This document shows positions 1 through 13,506 of a stretch of DNA of 62,137 nucleotides, one piece after another. The notes under the pieces are model-generated. The model saw only the letters and a program-made list of their open reading frames with translations, was not told where the DNA came from and made no database searches. Made by a program: the position numbers and the translations under genes. This DNA comes from Catajapyx aquilonaris (taxonomy: Eukaryota), in the NCBI GenBank assembly GCA_000934665.2, contig JYFJ02002160.1, positions 1-62,137 of the forward strand, in the 5' to 3' direction. Numbering within the stretch: the stretch's first letter is position 1; each line of letters begins with the position of its first letter.

Positions 1-392
1 CAGTTGACAGAAGCGAAAGAAAGCAGCTTGATGGTCTCATAATAAATACCGGAGCAAAGAAACTATGGAAAACGGAAATGTTGGTGGGGGAGTGGGGAAT
101 GGTGGTGTGGGATCGAAAAAAGTGGGGGGAATCAAGGTAGAAGGGATTTGGAGCTGGCAGAGCGGCTCCCGGCAAATGCGCGTGGCCAAAATTCGGATGT
201 TACTGTCGCTCATATCTCGGAAACGGCTGGACGTTGCGAGCTAACACTTTCACCACTGTGTCTATCGCACATGAATGACCCCTCACGCCAGTTTCAACCA
301 AATCGGAGGTTCCCGACCCTGACTGTTCCCTTGTTAGAGGCTGAATTTGCAAGAAATCATAAATTGTGAGATTTACAACTCTTACTACACAC

Positions 393-3095
393 CTTGATTT
401 GCCCAAAAAACTCTAAGTGCTCCCAGGGGGTAAGGTCTTCAAAGAGGACATCATGCTGAGGGCAGATTCCTGTGTGTATCCTCAGAGTGTAGAGGTCATT
501 TGGATCACTGACATCAAGGCCACATATCGTAGCTTTACCACCAGATGATGCAGTCAAACCTGTCAACACATTCAGTAATGTGGTCTTCCCAGCTCCATTG
601 TGACCCAGAATAGCTGTGATTTGGCCTTCATACATGTCCAAACTCACACCTGAAGAAAAAGTCAACTGCAGATTCTCAAACATGACACAATTTCATTGAC
701 ATAGATGTTTACATACCATTGACAGCCTTGACTTCAGGTTTCCTTAATGACTTGAAAATTTTCGCCAAGTTTCTAATTCGGACAGCCAACTTTGACTTAA
801 CTTCACTTGATACTGGCTCCACGTCAGGATGGTCAGGAAGTTCCATGTCCGAACCTTCACCATCTGATCCAGTCACCATTCGCTTTGGAAACCAGTAGCT
901 TGGCTGAAGACAAAACCATGGCTTGTGCTTTGTCCCATACTCGCTTGGCCACACAGAATCCAAGTAGTAAGCTAGAAGGCCATACAGGACAATATCAACG
1001 CTCAGCATTATCAGGGAGCCTGCCAATGGGATGGATCCTCCTGCTCCCTTGACCCACAGATTTGAAAAAGTGCCTCCAGCACCAGTTGTATCCAGCATCA
1101 GAATCTACAAAAATTAGCTATGAATTTGATGTAATTGGTGGTGTGAAAATCTACTTACTCGGTCACCAGCCAGGCCCATTGCAGCAGGACTTAACAGTGA
1201 CAAGGCCCAAAAGGTTCCTTCATGTGCACCTTGAACATAAACCTGAATATAGTAGGTCAAGCTAGACAGAAACACTGCAAAGGCACCCACAAGGCTGGCT
1301 GGCTATATGGAAAAAAAATTAATTAACTAATTAATAATTGGACACCTTTTCATAACAATACTACACTACCATGCACACTGCAGCATGATGGTATAACAGG
1401 GTTGACTAGGAAGCCTGTATACCGTGGAAGATTGAGGTAGCCAGTACAGTGAAATAATTTTAGCAACCTTGAAACAGGTGCATAGACTTGAAGACAATAT
1501 CTTTAGTCCATTGGGAATGGAGTACAGGGGGATGGCACCTTCGAGTGTAAAAGCTGGCAAGGGATTTACAGGAGCATGCCAGGGCATTCGTGACTGATGG
1601 CCCCAGGGGACAGGAGGTAAGGTTTATTCTCTTTTATTCTCCAACCTTTAAAAAATGTCTTCTTAAATATCATGCATTCTAGACAGATAAAATAAACACA
1701 TTACCCCCACTCTGTACCAGCATACCCTCCACTCACCGTCAATCTGCAGTATACATAGTAATATGGTAGCAATAAAACTTACTTTTGCTTTGTCAAAAAA
1801 TGGCACAATGATATATCCAAGCATGACTATGGATATTCCGTACAAGAAAAGAAGCACAGCAAGTAACACGTAGTTGGTGTGTTCCAATGGTGTCACTTGT
1901 GACAACGACACAGTGATAATAATAGTTGTGACTAACACTATGCCGCAATATAACAGAAACCAAGAAATCCAATAAGCTGTGACTGATGTTCCCATAGCCA
2001 ACATGCTTTCTTTCAATTTCTTTTCTTTCTCTCCCACAAGCAAAACTAACATTTGGGGGATAAAATTGTTCATGGCCATAACCAAGAACAGAGGCAGGAC
2101 AAGACGCATTGCAGTGAGGCCACCTGAAAATTGACAACAATATTATCAAGTTCTATGCTGCTGGCAATTTGGTGACTTTAGATTTAACATGCATACTCAC
2201 TTGTATGGAACGATGACTTTGGAAACAATTGAAGTAGGATGCTGGGCACATATTTAAACTTCATGTTGTCTCTCTAAAATGCACACAATTCAATGTTAAA
2301 CAGCTAATCAATGCAACACTAGCAATGTAGCTGACTTACTGTGATCCAAGCATATTCCACAAATCCTAACAAACTGGCTACTCCTGAGAAAACATATTTG
2401 TCTGCTGAGCACATATTTGGTGGCAAAAGGCTTTTAATTTTATAACCTGGATCTCGACAATCAGAACCAGCTGCCAGGAGTAGCTCAGTATCAGGAGTTA
2501 GTGATGGGTCGGTACGAATTGTGAAGTTAAGAGCACCATTAGGATCGCCTGCATGAAAATCATTCATTAGCAATGAACTTGTATTCCCTACAAGTCCCAA
2601 ACTTACCAGTAAAAACAATTCCAAGAGGAACTTCACTTCCATTCACATAGGCTGCCATCATATCTTTTTCCTCATTAAAAAATATCACATTTGGTGGGCT
2701 GGTCTTCAAAACTGGCTTCCACTTTGGGAGCACAGTTTTATTAATAAAATCTTGCACTTGATTAGTACTGGGCGCCACAGCCAAGCTGCTGATCCGTTTC
2801 ATGAACGAGACGTTAAACAAATCTGCTGCTGTCCTGGATTCGGTCTCCTCAGGGAATGTGTACTTTGGGATGGACATCCGAATCAGCCACAAGAGGACCA
2901 CAAAGTACAACGGCATCAATATTTCCTGAAATTACAAATGTATGTCAGCCACAACACAAAAATGTTATCGACACAAATGCATACCACAGCCAATTTTTTC
3001 TTTTGCCTCCACTTTAAGAGTCCATTGTGCCTAAGAAGGGCCACCAATTGCGCTCCAAAGGTAGCCCCTTTTCCCTCCTCAATATTCACAGCCAT
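393..3095 (-). CDS. ABC transporter subfamily A (ABCA5-like), 5' half (TMD1 and start of NBD1); multi-exon, probably continues beyond the left window edge
   Basis: ATG at 3095 (MAVNIEEGKGATFGAQLVALLRHNGLLKWRQKK), then EILMPLYFVVLLWLI TM1, EKEKKLKESMLAMG, LAYYLDSVWPSEYGTKHKPWF, Walker A GHNGAGKTT and Q-loop GICPQHDVLF. GT-AG boundaries at e.g. exons 2985-3095 and 2607-2925; last exon seen ends at 393. Confidence 0.93.
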
Positions 3096-4256
3096 ATCTT
3101 AACAGACTGATGTCTACAGCATCTCCTTTGAACACGTATGGGTAATACTAGCCAGATGGGAGGTCCTGCGGGCCGTACAGCGCACTAGGGACCGTATCCT
3201 TTGGTAGTATGATACGAACAAGTGCTTCTTTGACGCAACCGCACATGCGCTTGTCCTCATCATCGGAGCACACGCATGGATTTTCCGGCTTCTCTTGCGC
3301 AAGGCCACCCGTCCAACTCTTGTCAAGATAAAAGCAACATGATCCGTGACGCGATAGATTGTAAGAGCACCGTGGTCAGGTGCACAGTGTCAACATTACG
3401 CCACAGGTATCCGGGCTATCCCAGGAAAATATCACAATCAGCGCTGTCAGGTAATAGTGGGCGTCGTCGTGTGGCCAGAAGGGGGCGTGGCTCCCCGTGG
3501 CCCGCCCCTCACCACACTCCCTTTGTTGACAGTGGCTTTGTGGGCCGACAAAGCGACCCCGTGAGAATGACATCACCAGGAAAAGCCGCCAGAGCATGTC
3601 TCCCAAGGCTCCAGACACCCATAAAATTATACTGCTTGCCTACATACACGTGATTCTCTGTAGTTGCAGGCATCTCCGGTATGTGTCGCCTACGTGCAGT
3701 CTCACAATTACATGTGCAAAGACGTCAATTAAATGTACTTTGCAATCAACGCATGGACTTGCTACGTGAAATGGTCTGGAGCACTGCATATGTTTATCTT
3801 GAAACATCCGGTATGAAGTAACCCGAGAGTGGAATGCCCGCGGACTATGAACCTGGGAGAGAGGACGTGCCTCAAATCCCGACGAAAACTGGGCGGATAA
3901 AACCTGTGCTGACACAAGCGCATACCGTCACATGATGCTGCAAAACAACAACAACACATGATGCACAATTCGACCACCGCCTTATAGAGACATCCTGTTG
4001 CAATTTCCGACATCCTCTCCGTTGGTCCACATATCTCCACAGAAAATAGATCCTGATTTATTCATTTCCATCCCCACGGTCGGGAGCTTACATCGGCAGT
4101 GGAGCTGCAAAATCCAATCGAATCCTGTACGTGCGCCGGTTTTAAAATGGCGCCACAATACTGGCGCCTGCATGTGGCCGTCGCCAGGCGCCACCTCTCT
4201 CAACCAACCACTGAACCCTCCAGTTCGAGCGGAGACAGAGCCGCGACCAGACAGCC

Positions 4257-7200
4257 ATGGCCACCGGGCCCACCACCGGAGGTCCTTTAGAGCGCCTTCT
4301 GGGTACAGAGCTCTTTCGGGCTGAAGAGGTGTCCAGGGAGCATGACCAGGAGCCAGAGGCGGTTGACACGTCTTCGTTGGTGGCACCAAACAGGGTGGTT
4401 GCCCTGTACTTCGCCTCAGGGTGGTGCCCCGCGTGCAAGGCCTTCCTTCCGCAACTGACCGCCTTCTACCATCGGATCCGGGCCCGGTTGGGTGACCACC
4501 GCCTGCAGGTGGTCCTGGTCTCATCCGACCCGGACCTTCTGGCCTTTCGGGACCACTGCAACGGGATGCCATGGCTGGTCCTCCCCTTCCATCGCCCCGA
4601 TCTCAAGGTACCTGTCGCATGTGCACATATTGCAGATAATTACGCCTAATAAAAGGGGGGAAATGTCCGTGACTAATATTACCCGGTCATTGGCCCGGCT
4701 TAGGTTGTACACATTAATATTAGCCAGCCAATAAAAAACCAAGTGGTCGATAACTTGTCATTATCATATTACCACCCTATTACAAAACCATTACGAGCGA
4801 AGCGTCCCATAAAGTAGGATCGTATTGTCTAAACTGCAACCCCAAACGTGCCGTCCATAAAAGTAGCTATATGAGATACCGCGATTTTATAGGAGGCTCT
4901 TTACGGTTGGTTGATCAGAAGCTACCCACAACGTGCTTGAGAATTATTGGCCTTCCAGGAGAAGCGTCCACATCACACCTTCCCCCTACCCTTCCCATGC
5001 AGTTGCCATCATCGATCCAGCAGTTGGCCCCATTTTACAGCAAGCACCCCCGCATCCAATTACCACGTGTCCCCCCTTTTTCTCATTCTTCAGTACAGGG
5101 TGTCACTCATAGCCTCTACACCTGATCAGAACGCGCTTATTGAAAAGTCCAGACGAAACCGACCGATTTACCAATTTTCTTTTTGCACACCCTGTACTTC
5201 CCCGGGTTCCCCTCGAGTAGGGGAAACAACATGATTAATACCCGCATGGGCGCAGTCTCATTTACTGGGAGTCGTTTCCCGCTCAATTGGACATCTAATG
5301 ATGGGAGGTTGAGCCCCGTAGGCTGCACGGTTGATGGCCACACAGCCGTATTACCCTATATGGTATTATCACGCCAGCCTGCCTCGTAATTGAGTGCACC
5401 AAGTGACCATCCTCCTTATTAGGCATATAAGAATATTTCAGGTAATGTAACGCATCCCAAGCTCCTGAAATTTGTTTTAAAAAGTCATATCGCACACGCC
5501 AGCTGGCGAGGATCCACTTGGCTGAATCGATTTCCTATCAATTATTGCACGAATTTTAACACCCGCCTCTCAGCCGGCGGTTTTAATAATGAGAGTGGAC
5601 TGGAATTTCAAATGCCGCAACGGGACTGCAGTGTAATAATTAACATTGCAAGAAACATGGTTGATATGGGAATGAGTTATTTTTAGAGGTACTGTACTTG
5701 TATGAAAAATTAAATAGTCAGATCCAGAATAGCCGGTAATGTTCACGTTTACTGAAATATTATTGAAATTAAATGTCAAACTGCTACATGCCAAATCACC
5801 CAGGCGGATAAACAAATCAACTTCATCGCACATTTCCAGGTGCACCATTACAGAACATGTAAGCTTCACATCATAACTGCAACAGCATTATGAAATGTCA
5901 ATATACTGCAGTTAATAATTAATAACCTTTAGCTTATGGTAAACAGCACTATTCATTCGCATCAATCACAACAGTAAACAATGAGTCACAAAATTACAAA
6001 TCCAGCATTTTCTCACTAATTATTTGTGTGATGTGAGACGGGCGAGCATACGGTAAACAAAACGCGTCATCAAACGGTTTAGGTGCGGGTTACGCGACAG
6101 TAAACACCGCAGCCAACCATTTGACACCAGATAGCGCCATTTCTTACATTCCACACTTAGGTCATAATCGAGACACGAGGCCAAAACAGTTCCGCCATCT
6201 CCATAAATCATGGTTTTTCGTGCTCGCCCAGAGAAATTTCCACGATTCTATCACGGAAGTTTCGGGTTCGCCAGTTAACGTGACGGCAGTTCCGCACAAT
6301 CTCACGGGACATTTTCAACACCATTATTCAAAACGATGTACTGTATGCCTGGCTGGAACGCAATCCGGATGACAGCCATTTTTATACGCAAAATCTCAAT
6401 CCGCCTACAAAGGGGGGTTGGCAGAATATGAATTTCTACACAATAGCTGTGTAATTCATTTACCTAACCCCAATCGAGCTGGGAACATTTGCATATGAAA
6501 TATAAGAAACAATGCACCTACATGCAGCAGCAAACGTTGCATAGTATGGGAGGTGTATAATATTTAAAAATGTTAATAACCTGCGAATATGTTACTCAAT
6601 AATGCACCTACCCCTAACAATTAATCCTATTAACCTCTGAGCCAACCCACTTCCTGTCGCTTGGCCCCATAACGGCATTTATACAGTTTATACTACCCCG
6701 TTGTGCAAACACCAGCAACCGAGAAGTCTTGTCTGACACGGAACAGAACACAGGAAGACGACGCTTTTAAAACCCTGCCTCTCCCCTTTGTTTATTCAAC
6801 CGATGCAAACATAGCAAAAGGGAGCGGTCCCTCTGTTACCCCCAAAAACTTTGTTACCCCCAAAAACTTTGCGCCCTGGATTTTTTGGAGGGGGTTCTCG
6901 TGGCAACAAAGGGCCATCAAGGCAGCAGGGGAGAAGAAGCCATTGGCACGCGCCATGAACTTAATCTAACCTCCCCCTCCCCCCCCCCCCCCNAGTAATG
7001 GCCATGAGGACCGGGGAGATCAATGGTCCCAGGGACTCATTTCAAACAGAAGGGGGGAAGACTGGAGGGAATGGCGGGGGGGATTCCTGGAGAAAAAGCA
7101 CATTTCTTAGACTGTTTTTCAGAGGAAGGGGGGAAAAAAGGGACGCTTTTCTATTGATTTCTGGGATGGCCACCACTAGGCAGAGGGTACTCGACCCAAA

Positions 7201-10200
7201 TTCGGTCACACGCCCACCCAAATATTTACAGGGGCCACTCGCCAGTCAGAACATTGAACCTTGACCAAGACCGGGTGGGTTGTATCACAATGTAAATGTG
7301 TGCTTGCCTTGACCCCCTCCTTGATATGACCAAGAGCTAATGATATGACACATTGTGTGGGCCAGTTACGGTTGGTTTATTCATTTTGACTTGGGGGCAG
7401 CTGCACATGACTGTAGTATTTGAAATCACAGACGAGGGACTGTTTTTGCTAGTACAGTATCATTGCTTAATGAGCATCAACAGTACATTTTCCATTTGGG
7501 TTTCGTTGCGCAGGGCCATCTCACTCTTACAGTATGTAGGTCTAATTAATTTATACCCTTCGAGCAGGATCTGTCACTGATTTATACTCTTTTAATACCA
7601 AGTGCATGTGAAATTTTATGAATACTCAAAGAAAAACAAACCGGCGCTCAACTGGCAGATGATAAAACAAATTATTGGATCAATGTGGAGTGTAACACAA
7701 TATGCTGATGAAAAGCTCATGCAGTAAACAACCTCTAATATACCAGCCAACACAGAGAACCCGATAGAATCTACCTCTTCATTAGTGGAAACAACCCCAA
7801 GTTAGATAACAATAATTCTGTGCATCCCAGATGAATACCTTGTATTCTCTTGTGCTTCCCTGATCAATAGTACATTTTGCCAAGGGCAAGTAATTATTCT
7901 ATGCTTGGTTTTGATTAGGAAGTAATGTACGAATCTGTAATGCTGGCATTATGGCCCTTCTTGCCCTTTATCGTGTGCATGAAATAATAGTATGATCTAC
8001 ACAAAATAAAGTTCCTTTGAATGAAATAAATTCATATTTACAACTCATCCTGCCTTGTGGTACAGTACATCACATAACTCAAATGTTACTCTGAAAATTA
8101 CAATTGAAATGTCTATTGAAGTTAGCAATTTTTAACAATAAGCTACTTATTAGGGAATTTGAAATAATTACTTTAAGTGGTTATCAAAAATAATACCTAA
8201 CTTACTAAATTGACGTTCAATGCCAATAGTTCCAATGGGCTATTCCCAAATGGAAATTCATTGCAATTCAGACCTCAGATAGATGATTCAATACAGCCTA
8301 ATATTAACTGCAAATACTTTTGATAACAACTAAGGTAAGAGTAACTACTCCAATGTAAAGGTGCATTTACATGTGAGCATTTGATTGCACAATGTCATCG
8401 CCGGCGATAACAATGCTGAGTAACCAATATTGTTTGAGGCGAAAATCAATTGTTACTTTCAAACAATATTGGTTACGTCACTCGGCGATGACTTCGCTTG
8501 TCAAATCGTTTCACATGTAAACGCAACTGAAAGCATAAATATTGCTAACATAAATAGACATTTCAATGGGAAAGCTCTGTACACTGCACGGCATTATCAT
8601 CTTGATTTAATATCATGAAATAGGCAGGAGCAAAAAAAAAGGGTAGCTCTGACACAAAGTGGATCTGCATTATTTATGGATAATCTTTCAGGCAAGAGTA
8701 ACTCGGCGACTTCGTGCTCAAGGCACTCCAACCCTAGTTCTGATAGACAGCGCTACTGCACAGCCCATCACTCACACAGGAAGAGACCATATCATGGATG
8801 ACCCCGAGGGAACTGCCTTCCCTTGGCGGCCCAGACCTCTTGCAAGCCTACTCTCGGGAAAACTGCTTACCCATGAAGGAGAAACTGACAATCAAACTGA
8901 TCTCAGAGGGTCTTTCAAGGGACTTTACTTCTCTGCCCACTGGGTGAGAAGCACTTAGATTAATGAGGCCACTTTAGAAATTAACTCTAACATGTTCTTA
9001 AATGGAGCTCAATTACAAAACTTTGCTCTGTTGCTAAGGTGAGATCCATTACTGATCACCATTCCTATTTTAGTGTCCACCATGTCGAGCTTTCACTCCA
9101 CAACTGGTGTCAACTTTCAACAAAGTTCATGAGAAGGGAACGGACTTTCAAATTCTCTTTGTGTCTTCCGACAGGTACATATTGCTCATTATTCTACAGT
9201 TAACTGTGTAAATTTTTAGATATTTGGTACTCACCATTTGATTTCTCCATTACTTGCAGAAGTGCTGACTCCTTCCAAAAGTACTGGTCTTCAATGCCGT
9301 GGCCAGCAATTCCATGGGAAGATGAATCCCGCCGAAAAGAATTGGCGGCGCTCTTTGGGGTTCACGGCATTCCCACACTTGTTCTCCTCGATCCAGATGA
9401 TCATATAATAACACTTGACGCCCGAGTTGCAGTCACAGATGATCCTGAAGCTCTTGTAAGTTGTTTCCGCTAACACAGTTACTTATAATGAATTAACATT
9501 ATCTCATGACAGGATTTTCCATGGCGGCCAAGGCCTGTGGAGGAACTGTCCGAGAGGACAGCTTCTCGGCTCAGGGAAAGCCCCTGCATTCTGCTATTTG
9601 TTGGTAAGCTGAATTTCCATACTATGAGGAAAAGTCAAGAAGAAATTGGTAAAAAATTTAAAATTCTCTCAAGTGCATCATGGAATGACAGAATTTGATC
9701 CTTACACTTAAATGCAATAAATTTGTTATAGGACAAATATGTAATAATTGTCCAATTTCCCCCAGAATCTGATGAAGGTGAGCTAGAGTTTGCTGAATCC
9801 GCCTTGCTCCCAGTAGCTGAAGAGTATCATCGTCAGCATGGAAGTGACAGTGAAGACAACATTGGACTTCGCTTCTTCATTGGTGCAGATGTAAGTTGCT
9901 CACTGCAATTGCCATTACCATGTACTATTAACTGGTGGCAAAAGTAATGTCGCACTGTTATGTGATGGCGTCCGCGAATTGTTGTTCAGCATGGGTTGTG
10001 GATTCCAGAATATGGCTGAAGCCAAGTATATGGGACATTCGCCGAATCAATTATTAGGAAACAGTACCTGCGGCTTGCCGACCCTTTGATTCGTTGTTTT
10101 GTGTGGGTTTAAAGTGGGGGAAGTGACCAGGGACCCCGGAATTAATTCCTCAAGCTTGACCAGAATACAGATGGGATCATTGTCATCACTCAGGTTGAAT

Positions 10201-10592
10201 CATAAGTTGCTAGGTTACGAACAAATTGATTTGGCGAATGTCCCGTATACTTGACATGCGCCCAGAATATTGCCAAATTAGCATCTGTAATTCAGCAACG
10301 CACATGATAAACAACACGTTGTGGACGCCATCACAACAGTGCAACATTACTTTTGTGGTTAATAGTACTCATCTTGATTGTTCTTGCCTGTCTCTCAATT
10401 TAGTCAGAAGTGAGTGACTCGCTCCACAGTTTCCTGCAACTGCCATCTGAAGTGCCACTTCTCACCCTGGTGGACTTCCCTGCTAACAAATACTACGTGC
10501 ATGAAGGAAGTGAAGTCAGCACTGAGATAATCAGTGCTTTTGTTCAAAATTTCATTGAAGGAAATCTGCAGCCTAGGGACGTGCCTCGGTAA
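4257..10592 (+). CDS. NXN: Nucleoredoxin (thioredoxin-family, three Trx-like modules); exons 4257-4607, 8692-8943, 9074-9174, 9260-9455, 9513-9603, 9766-9890, 10404-10592
   Basis: [11 protein letters not shown] in module 1; LYFSAHW|CPPC spliced across 8943/9074 in module 2; VSSD, MPW and FPWRP repeats typical of nucleoredoxin. Splice phases join in frame; TAA at 10590-10592. Confidence 0.92.
6834..6871. repeat. 18-bp tandem duplication TGTTACCCCCAAAAACTT x2
   Basis: Seen directly, in NXN intron 1. Confidence 0.85.
8359..8528. mobile_element. Tourist/PIF-Harbinger-like MITE, copy 1
   Basis: Ends AGGTGCATTTACATGTGA ... TCACATGTAAACGCAACT; interior shared with the copies at 17650 and 18511. 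Confidence 0.7.
9925..10365. mobile_element. TA-flanked MITE (Tc1/mariner-type target site) in the last NXN intron
   Basis: TA|CTATTAAC..GCAAAAGTAATGTCGCACTGTT..TGATGGCGTCC ... GGACGCCATCACAACAGTGCAACATTACTTTTGTGGTTAATAG|TA; related shorter copy at 19000-19266. Confidence 0.75.
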
Positions 10593-10757
10593 TGGCTGTG
10601 ACATATTGAACAAACCAAAGAGAACCCACTGTAAAAAGTGTGGCCCTGAAGATTTCAGTTGTCAAGTGCAATACAAATGTGAATGTGATGCCTAGTCGGT
10701 TGTGTGGGTAGATGGCATACTTTGAAGTAACATTGACTTTTTTGGTTACTACAAAGC

Positions 10758-10776
10758 AATAAAATATTGGTTTATT
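10758..10776. terminator. Back-to-back polyadenylation signals for convergent NXN (+) and CDC45 (-)
   Basis: AATAAA at 10758-10763 and TTTATT at 10771-10776, between the stop codons at 10592 and 10864. Confidence 0.55.
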
Positions 10777-10863
10777 CTTCCCCTACATCGAGTGAGTCAC
10801 ATCTAAGAGTCGTAATGTAAAATAAATACGTGGATATGTACAGTAGAGTACACTAGATAAAAA

Positions 10864-13062
10864 TCAACTCAAGAGGGATATGAGTGCATCGAAGAATCTA
10901 CTGCGGTCTTCTGTTTTCAGCTGGATAACTGTAGGAAGGAAAAAATGATGGATAATAAGACTAAAGTTCAAACGTCCAACACTGAGTTTGATTTCCATGC
11001 CAACATGGAGCAACAACCATGCATTCTGTAATACAGCACTTCATGGTATACCTTCCCTGATAAATGTGCAGATTGCACATAAAACTTTATCTGCACTATT
11101 TTCATATTGTTTCATCACTATCCTGCTAGTGCTTCAAACGTGAATCTTAAGCATTACTCACCTGAGGCATCAAAACAATCTGGATCAACAGTTGCCCCTG
11201 TCCTTTCAGCAGCCTGAGCAAATGCCTGCCCAAAGAGGTTCCTGGCAGCTTCCTTTTCTTCCATAATGGGTGGCACCCCCACCACAAGACACAATCCCCC
11301 ATCCCTCCTTTGGGTGCCGCTAAGCTGGGTGTCTGATGTCTGCAGTGTTGCCAGGTGGGGAGAGCAAGGTGCAGTAAGAACCAATGGAAGTTGGGAGGCT
11401 CTGCGACTGCGAGATGAGGCCACATGGGCTCTCAAGGTATAGCGGGCCAGAAGGGTCAAGCAATGAGGTCGGCTGAAGAAGTGTGAGTCGACGCGACCCT
11501 GTGGAAGTAACAAGCAGACAAGCCTGGTGTGAAATATTGCAAGTATGGCACTCTGTGTAAATACTCAGGATGGAACTATCTCTACCCAATTAAATTACAC
11601 AACACCGCTTCTAGTTTTATGATACGTCCCACGTAACATTTTAAAATATTTGCAACTCTTCCTAAGCACCAATTCTTACCTCTTGAATAACAGCATACAA
11701 AAAGGGACCAGCAGACACAACCTGCCCTGCAGCTAGGAAATCATGCATGTGCTTGAAGGCTGCTAGAAGTAGCTTCTTGGCACGGTCAATGCCTGAGAGA
11801 AGAATATCCACTCGCGACCTACAAAGCAGTCAAAGTGTAAGGCTCTTGTAGTAGCAGGCACCTTATTAGTATCTCACCTGCTCAGGCAATCCAATGCATC
11901 CATAAAGCATTCAGATGGCAGACGATTTTTCTCCTGAAAAATTCAACAAATAATTTTTGCTTTCTGGCTTTGTAGAATATAATTTCAAAAATTTGTAAAT
12001 CAAAGAAACCCACAGAGCTCTCAAGAAGGGCTAATGTGGCATATACAGCATCTGACGCAGAGAAGCGATGGCGGAACCCAAACTGTGCATGGAAGGAGCC
12101 AAAGATTAGGTTATCCAGCTGAAACCTCTTTGACTGGGCTTCAACAGATTCCAGAAGTTCAGATCTCAGGTCACTCTCCATCACATTGTACTGCTGACGG
12201 CACTGAGACAAGGGGAGGCTGCAACAAGGTGTATTTTCATGTACATATTGGAGTCTACAAGGTCAAATATTACTGGCAATTAAATTTTAAAAATATTTCT
12301 CTTTGAATATATTGATGTACTTCATGGACAACCTCATAGAGCAGTCCATCATAAGCTTAAATTTCAGTTTCCATTTTTCAACAATATATTACCACGTTGC
12401 GAACTCACCCTAACTCTGCCAGAAATTCCAGCATCCTCTTCTCTCCTCTGAGGGTCCACAACTTGAATCGACATGCAACGAGTAATGAATGCCGCATACT
12501 TGCTTCAAGGCTCCAGTGTCTGTACATGGCAAGCTGCAGCTCCTTTTCAAATGACACACGGAGGGAATCCCCCCCAGCTAAATTTCTGCTCATTCCTGTT
12601 AAATTTGCAAGCCTGGTTGCATGCCCTTGGAGAGTGCCAGCCCACAGGATGTAACGTTGATCTTCTGCATGACCAAGGAGTAGCTGTTCGGTGAGGCCAA
12701 TGGTTGCCCACCACAGAAGGTCTGGACTGTCCCGAGACAACTTCCAGGCAAAGTCAAACATCAACATCGATGTCTGCATGTGAATCAAAGTAGAACAAGT
12801 TGAAAAGATATTTCCTGCTATTTTCTTTTCAGTAAATAGTGTTGAACTATACTTACAGGCTGTCCATATGATGAAAATTGGGTGTACTCAAACAAAATTT
12901 TCTGTCGCTTCTCTTCCCATAGCCGCTTCTCTCGCCTCTTCTCAATTGCTGCCACATCAAGTCGTCGACGTTTTTGACCTCCACCTTCTTCAGATTCCTC
13001 ATCGCTGTTTTCCTCTTCATCGCTCTGGTAAGGGTCACAACATAATTCATAAGAAACATAAA

Positions 13063-13116
<54 letters not shown>

Positions 13117-13457
13117 NAAAAAATCACAATAAAAAGTAACATACTTCTTCCTGGAAGATGTGTTCAAAAGAAGGGATGCCTTCCTCTTCAGTGGGCTTCA
13201 TCATAAGCTTCACTTGGCCATCGCTGTAGACATTACACACATCTGTGGGTCGATGGTTGTCGGCCACGTAGAAAGTGACATCTTCTGCTGGCTCCAGAAG
13301 TTCAACCAAGTCCAATGTTCCCCCACAGTTAATCAGGATCATGTGCTTGACCTGAATTGAGGAGGATAAAATATATCACCTAGGACCACATGCAGAATGG
13401 CAAAATGCAAGTCAATTCCAGATTGTCCAGGTAAGTCACCCTACTTAGCCATTTGTT

Positions 13458-13506
<49 letters not shown>

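Noticed and set aside
3982..4572. 196-aa minus-strand ORF
   Set aside because: Antisense shadow of the GC-rich NXN exon 1; no recognisable motif.
12853..13206. ERERER and SLSLSL ORFs
   Set aside because: (TC)n microsatellite with an N; the real CDC45 exons here are in other frames.
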